Source of the DNA: Burkholderiales bacterium
GTDB lineage: Bacteria; Pseudomonadota; Gammaproteobacteria; Burkholderiales; Casimicrobiaceae
Assembly (NCBI GenBank): GCA_031270015.1
Contig: JAISYH010000018.1
Span: 14,981-78,980 of the forward strand
Length of the DNA: 64,000 nucleotides
Direction of reading: 5' to 3'
Shown here: positions 62,191 through 64,000 of the stretch, one piece after another
Layout: each line of letters opens with the position of its first letter
Numbering within the stretch: position 1 is the first letter of the stretch
Notes under the pieces: generated by a model
What the model was told of the DNA's origin: nothing
The model's database searches: none
The model's input: only the letters and a program-made list of their open reading frames with translations
Made by a program: the position numbers and the translations under genes

Positions 62191-62899
62191 CACCGAAATC
62201 GTTCGCGCCACAGACGTGAACGGTACTCCGTTCACGTATCGTTTATGCCGCTCTCGCCGCCGCTCGTTGTCGATCAGCATCGATGGTCAAGGTGTACTGG
62301 TGCGTGTGCCGCAACGTCTTGCGTTGTATGAGATCGAAACGGCGTTGCGCGAACGAGCGCAGTGGATTTTTCATTCGCTCGATTGGTGGCAACGTCATCA
62401 TCGTGACCTCGCCGATCCAGGATGGTGTGACGGAGCAACAATTTTTTATCGCGGCAATCCGTTGGCGCTTTGCGTTAGAATGGCGCGTCGAGAAAAAATC
62501 ACGCACGATTTATTGGGTTTGTCGATCATGATGGCACATGCTTCGGAAGCCGCCGTAGCGTATGCAGTGCATCGTTGGTGGTGGCGCGAAGCGGAACGGA
62601 TTTTATTTCCACAAGTGTATCTCGAGGCGGCAAAGCTCGACCGTCATCCGGCGAAAGTGGCGTTGTCTGACGCGCGCACGCAATGGGGAAGCTGCAACGC
62701 GCGCGGAGTGATTCGCATCAACTGGCGACTCATTCTGTTACCGCCACAACTCGCTGTTGATGTGATTGCGCACGAAGTCGCGCATCTTTGCGAACTCAAC
62801 CATTCTCGCCGTTTCTGGACGCTGGTGGAAAAATTACGACCCGATATCCGGCAACGTAATACACAATTGGCGGAATGGAGCGGTCTGCTTGCCTCATAG
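62177..62899 (+). CDS. YgjP-like (DUF45 / M48-type) zinc metallohydrolase
   Basis: The C-terminal motif is 'HEVAHLCELNHSRRFW' (HExxH). Confidence 0.75.
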   Translation: MIMFNTEIVRATDVNGTPFTYRLCRSRRRSLSISIDGQGVLVRVPQRLALYEIETALRERAQWIFHSLDWWQRHHRDLADPGWCDGATIFYRGNPLALCVRMARREKITHDLLGLSIMMAHASEAAVAYAVHRWWWREAERILFPQVYLEAAKLDRHPAKVALSDARTQWGSCNARGVIRINWRLILLPPQLAVDVIAHEVAHLCELNHSRRFWTLVEKLRPDIRQRNTQLAEWSGLLAS

Positions 62900-62998
62900 A
62901 AAACGATGCCGTGCGTGATTTTCTCCACGAAACCAGAAAACGGATGCATTGTGCGGCAAGAATGGGTAAAGTATGGCTTTCTCATCGGGAATGGGTTC

Positions 62999-63181
62999 AT
63001 GACGATCATCAGCTTTTTGCGTTTGTCGCGTATTATTGTATTGTCGCTTTGTGCCGTGGTGATGCTTGGCGCCTGTGGTATCAAGGGCGCGCTTTATCTT
63101 CCTGAAGAAACGATATCGCCGGACTCCGCCGCGCGCAATGCCGGCGTGCCGGAAACATCGGAGAAATCGGAGACGCGATGA
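62999..63181 (+). CDS. Small lipoprotein (LptM/YifL-like), overlapping the lysA start
   Basis: 60 aa with lipobox 'VMLGACG' followed by 'IKGALYLPEE'. Its stop overlaps the lysA ATG as ATGA (63178-63181). This is the typical position for a small lipoprotein ahead of lysA. Confidence 0.5.
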   Translation: MTIISFLRLSRIIVLSLCAVVMLGACGIKGALYLPEETISPDSAARNAGVPETSEKSETR

Positions 63182-64000
63182 AATATTTTGAAATACGACA
63201 CGGCGTGATGCATATCGAGGATATTCCGTTGCCCGATATCGCGCAACGCTTCGGTACACCCTGCTACGTGTATTCGCGCGCCGCGTTGCTCGCAGCCGCC
63301 AACGAATATTTACAAGTGTTCGCCGGACAAAACGCGCTGATTTGTTATGCGGTGAAAGCCAACAGCAATCTCGCGGTGTTGAATCAATTTGCCAAGCTCG
63401 GTCTTGGCTTCGATATTGTTTCCGGCGGCGAACTCGCGCGCGTATTGGTCGCGGGCGGCGACCCGACGAAAATCGTTTTTTCCGGTGTCGGTAAAACCGA
63501 GGCGGAAATAGAAGCGGCATTGCGCGCTGGAATCAAATGTTTTAACGTAGAATCGGCGGCGGAACTCGAAACATTAGCTGCCGTTGCCGCGCGTTTGGAG
63601 AAAGTCGCGCCGATAAGTTTTCGCGTCAATCCCGATGTGGACGCCAAAACACACCCTTATATCTCCACCGGACTCAAAGAAAATAAATTTGGAATTCCGT
63701 TGCAAGACGCGCGCGCTATTTACCAGCGCGCGCAGCGGCTGTCATCGTTGCGTATTGTCGGTATTGACATGCATATCGGTTCGCAAATCACTGAAATTAC
63801 GCCGTTCCGCGAAGCAGCGCAAAAGTTGTTACAACTAGTTGATGCGTTATACAAAGACGGAATCAATTTGGAGCATATCGATATCGGCGGCGGTCTTGGA
63901 GTTCGTTATCGTGATGAAAACGAACCTTCCGTTGCCGAATTTGCGGCAATGTGCCGCGAAATTTTCGCGGCGCGGCGGACACAATTGTTATTAGAGCCCG
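63178..64000 (+). CDS. lysA: Diaminopimelate decarboxylase (3' end lies outside the window)
   Basis: My own translation from the ATG at 63178 reads 'MKYFEIRHGVMHIEDIPLPDIAQRFGTPCYVYSRAALLAAANEYLQVFAGQNALICYAVKANSNLAVL...GFDIVSGGEL', which includes the PLP-lysine motif AVKAN. The frame is open to the window end. Confidence 0.9.
   Translation, partial: MKYFEIRHGVMHIEDIPLPDIAQRFGTPCYVYSRAALLAAANEYLQVFAGQNALICYAVKANSNLAVLNQFAKLGLGFDIVSGGELARVLVAGGDPTKIVFSGVGKTEAEIEAALRAGIKCFNVESAAELETLAAVAARLEKVAPISFRVNPDVDAKTHPYISTGLKENKFGIPLQDARAIYQRAQRLSSLRIVGIDMHIGSQITEITPFREAAQKLLQLVDALYKDGINLEHIDIGGGLGVRYRDENEPSVAEFAAMCREIFAARRTQLLLEP

Overview
This is a chromosomal window of roughly half G+C, densely packed with housekeeping genes. 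Synteny suggests a betaproteobacterium (inference only): ntrYX, gyrB-dnaN, mnmG-rsmG-parA, gatCAB beside mreBCD-mrdA-rodA, and glyQS-gmhB-plsC-lysA. I can support about 50 protein genes and two tRNAs (Gln-UUG, Gly-CCC). I saw no rRNA, CRISPR array, reverse transcriptase, or obvious prophage or integron. All product calls rest on motifs read by eye from the ORF track; no searches were run. Five non-core patches stand out. (1) A low-GC restriction-modification cassette sits inside the gatCAB operon with ATGA stop/start overlaps at both junctions. Its nuclease ORF is intact, but its methylase is a 358-nt frameshifted stub. (2) A roughly 1.3-kb AT-rich islet between ctpA and a GspE-like ATPase carries an Mrr-like nuclease-domain ORF with an unknown N-terminal half. 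(3) The origin-type neighbourhood is rearranged. dnaN faces mnmG across a 494-bp AT-rich spacer with no dnaA. parA is followed not by parB but by a 684-bp decayed IS256-family element, an IPTL-CTERM-anchored beta-helix surface protein and a 1.5-kb coding desert. (4) Two translationally coupled pairs have no obvious rationale: pncB with an orphan GspE-like ATPase, and a NodB-type deacetylase with an unknown 199-aa protein. (5) There is a solitary dynamin-like GTPase. I did not find a clear multi-gene novel system; patches 1 and 2 are the best candidates for follow-up.
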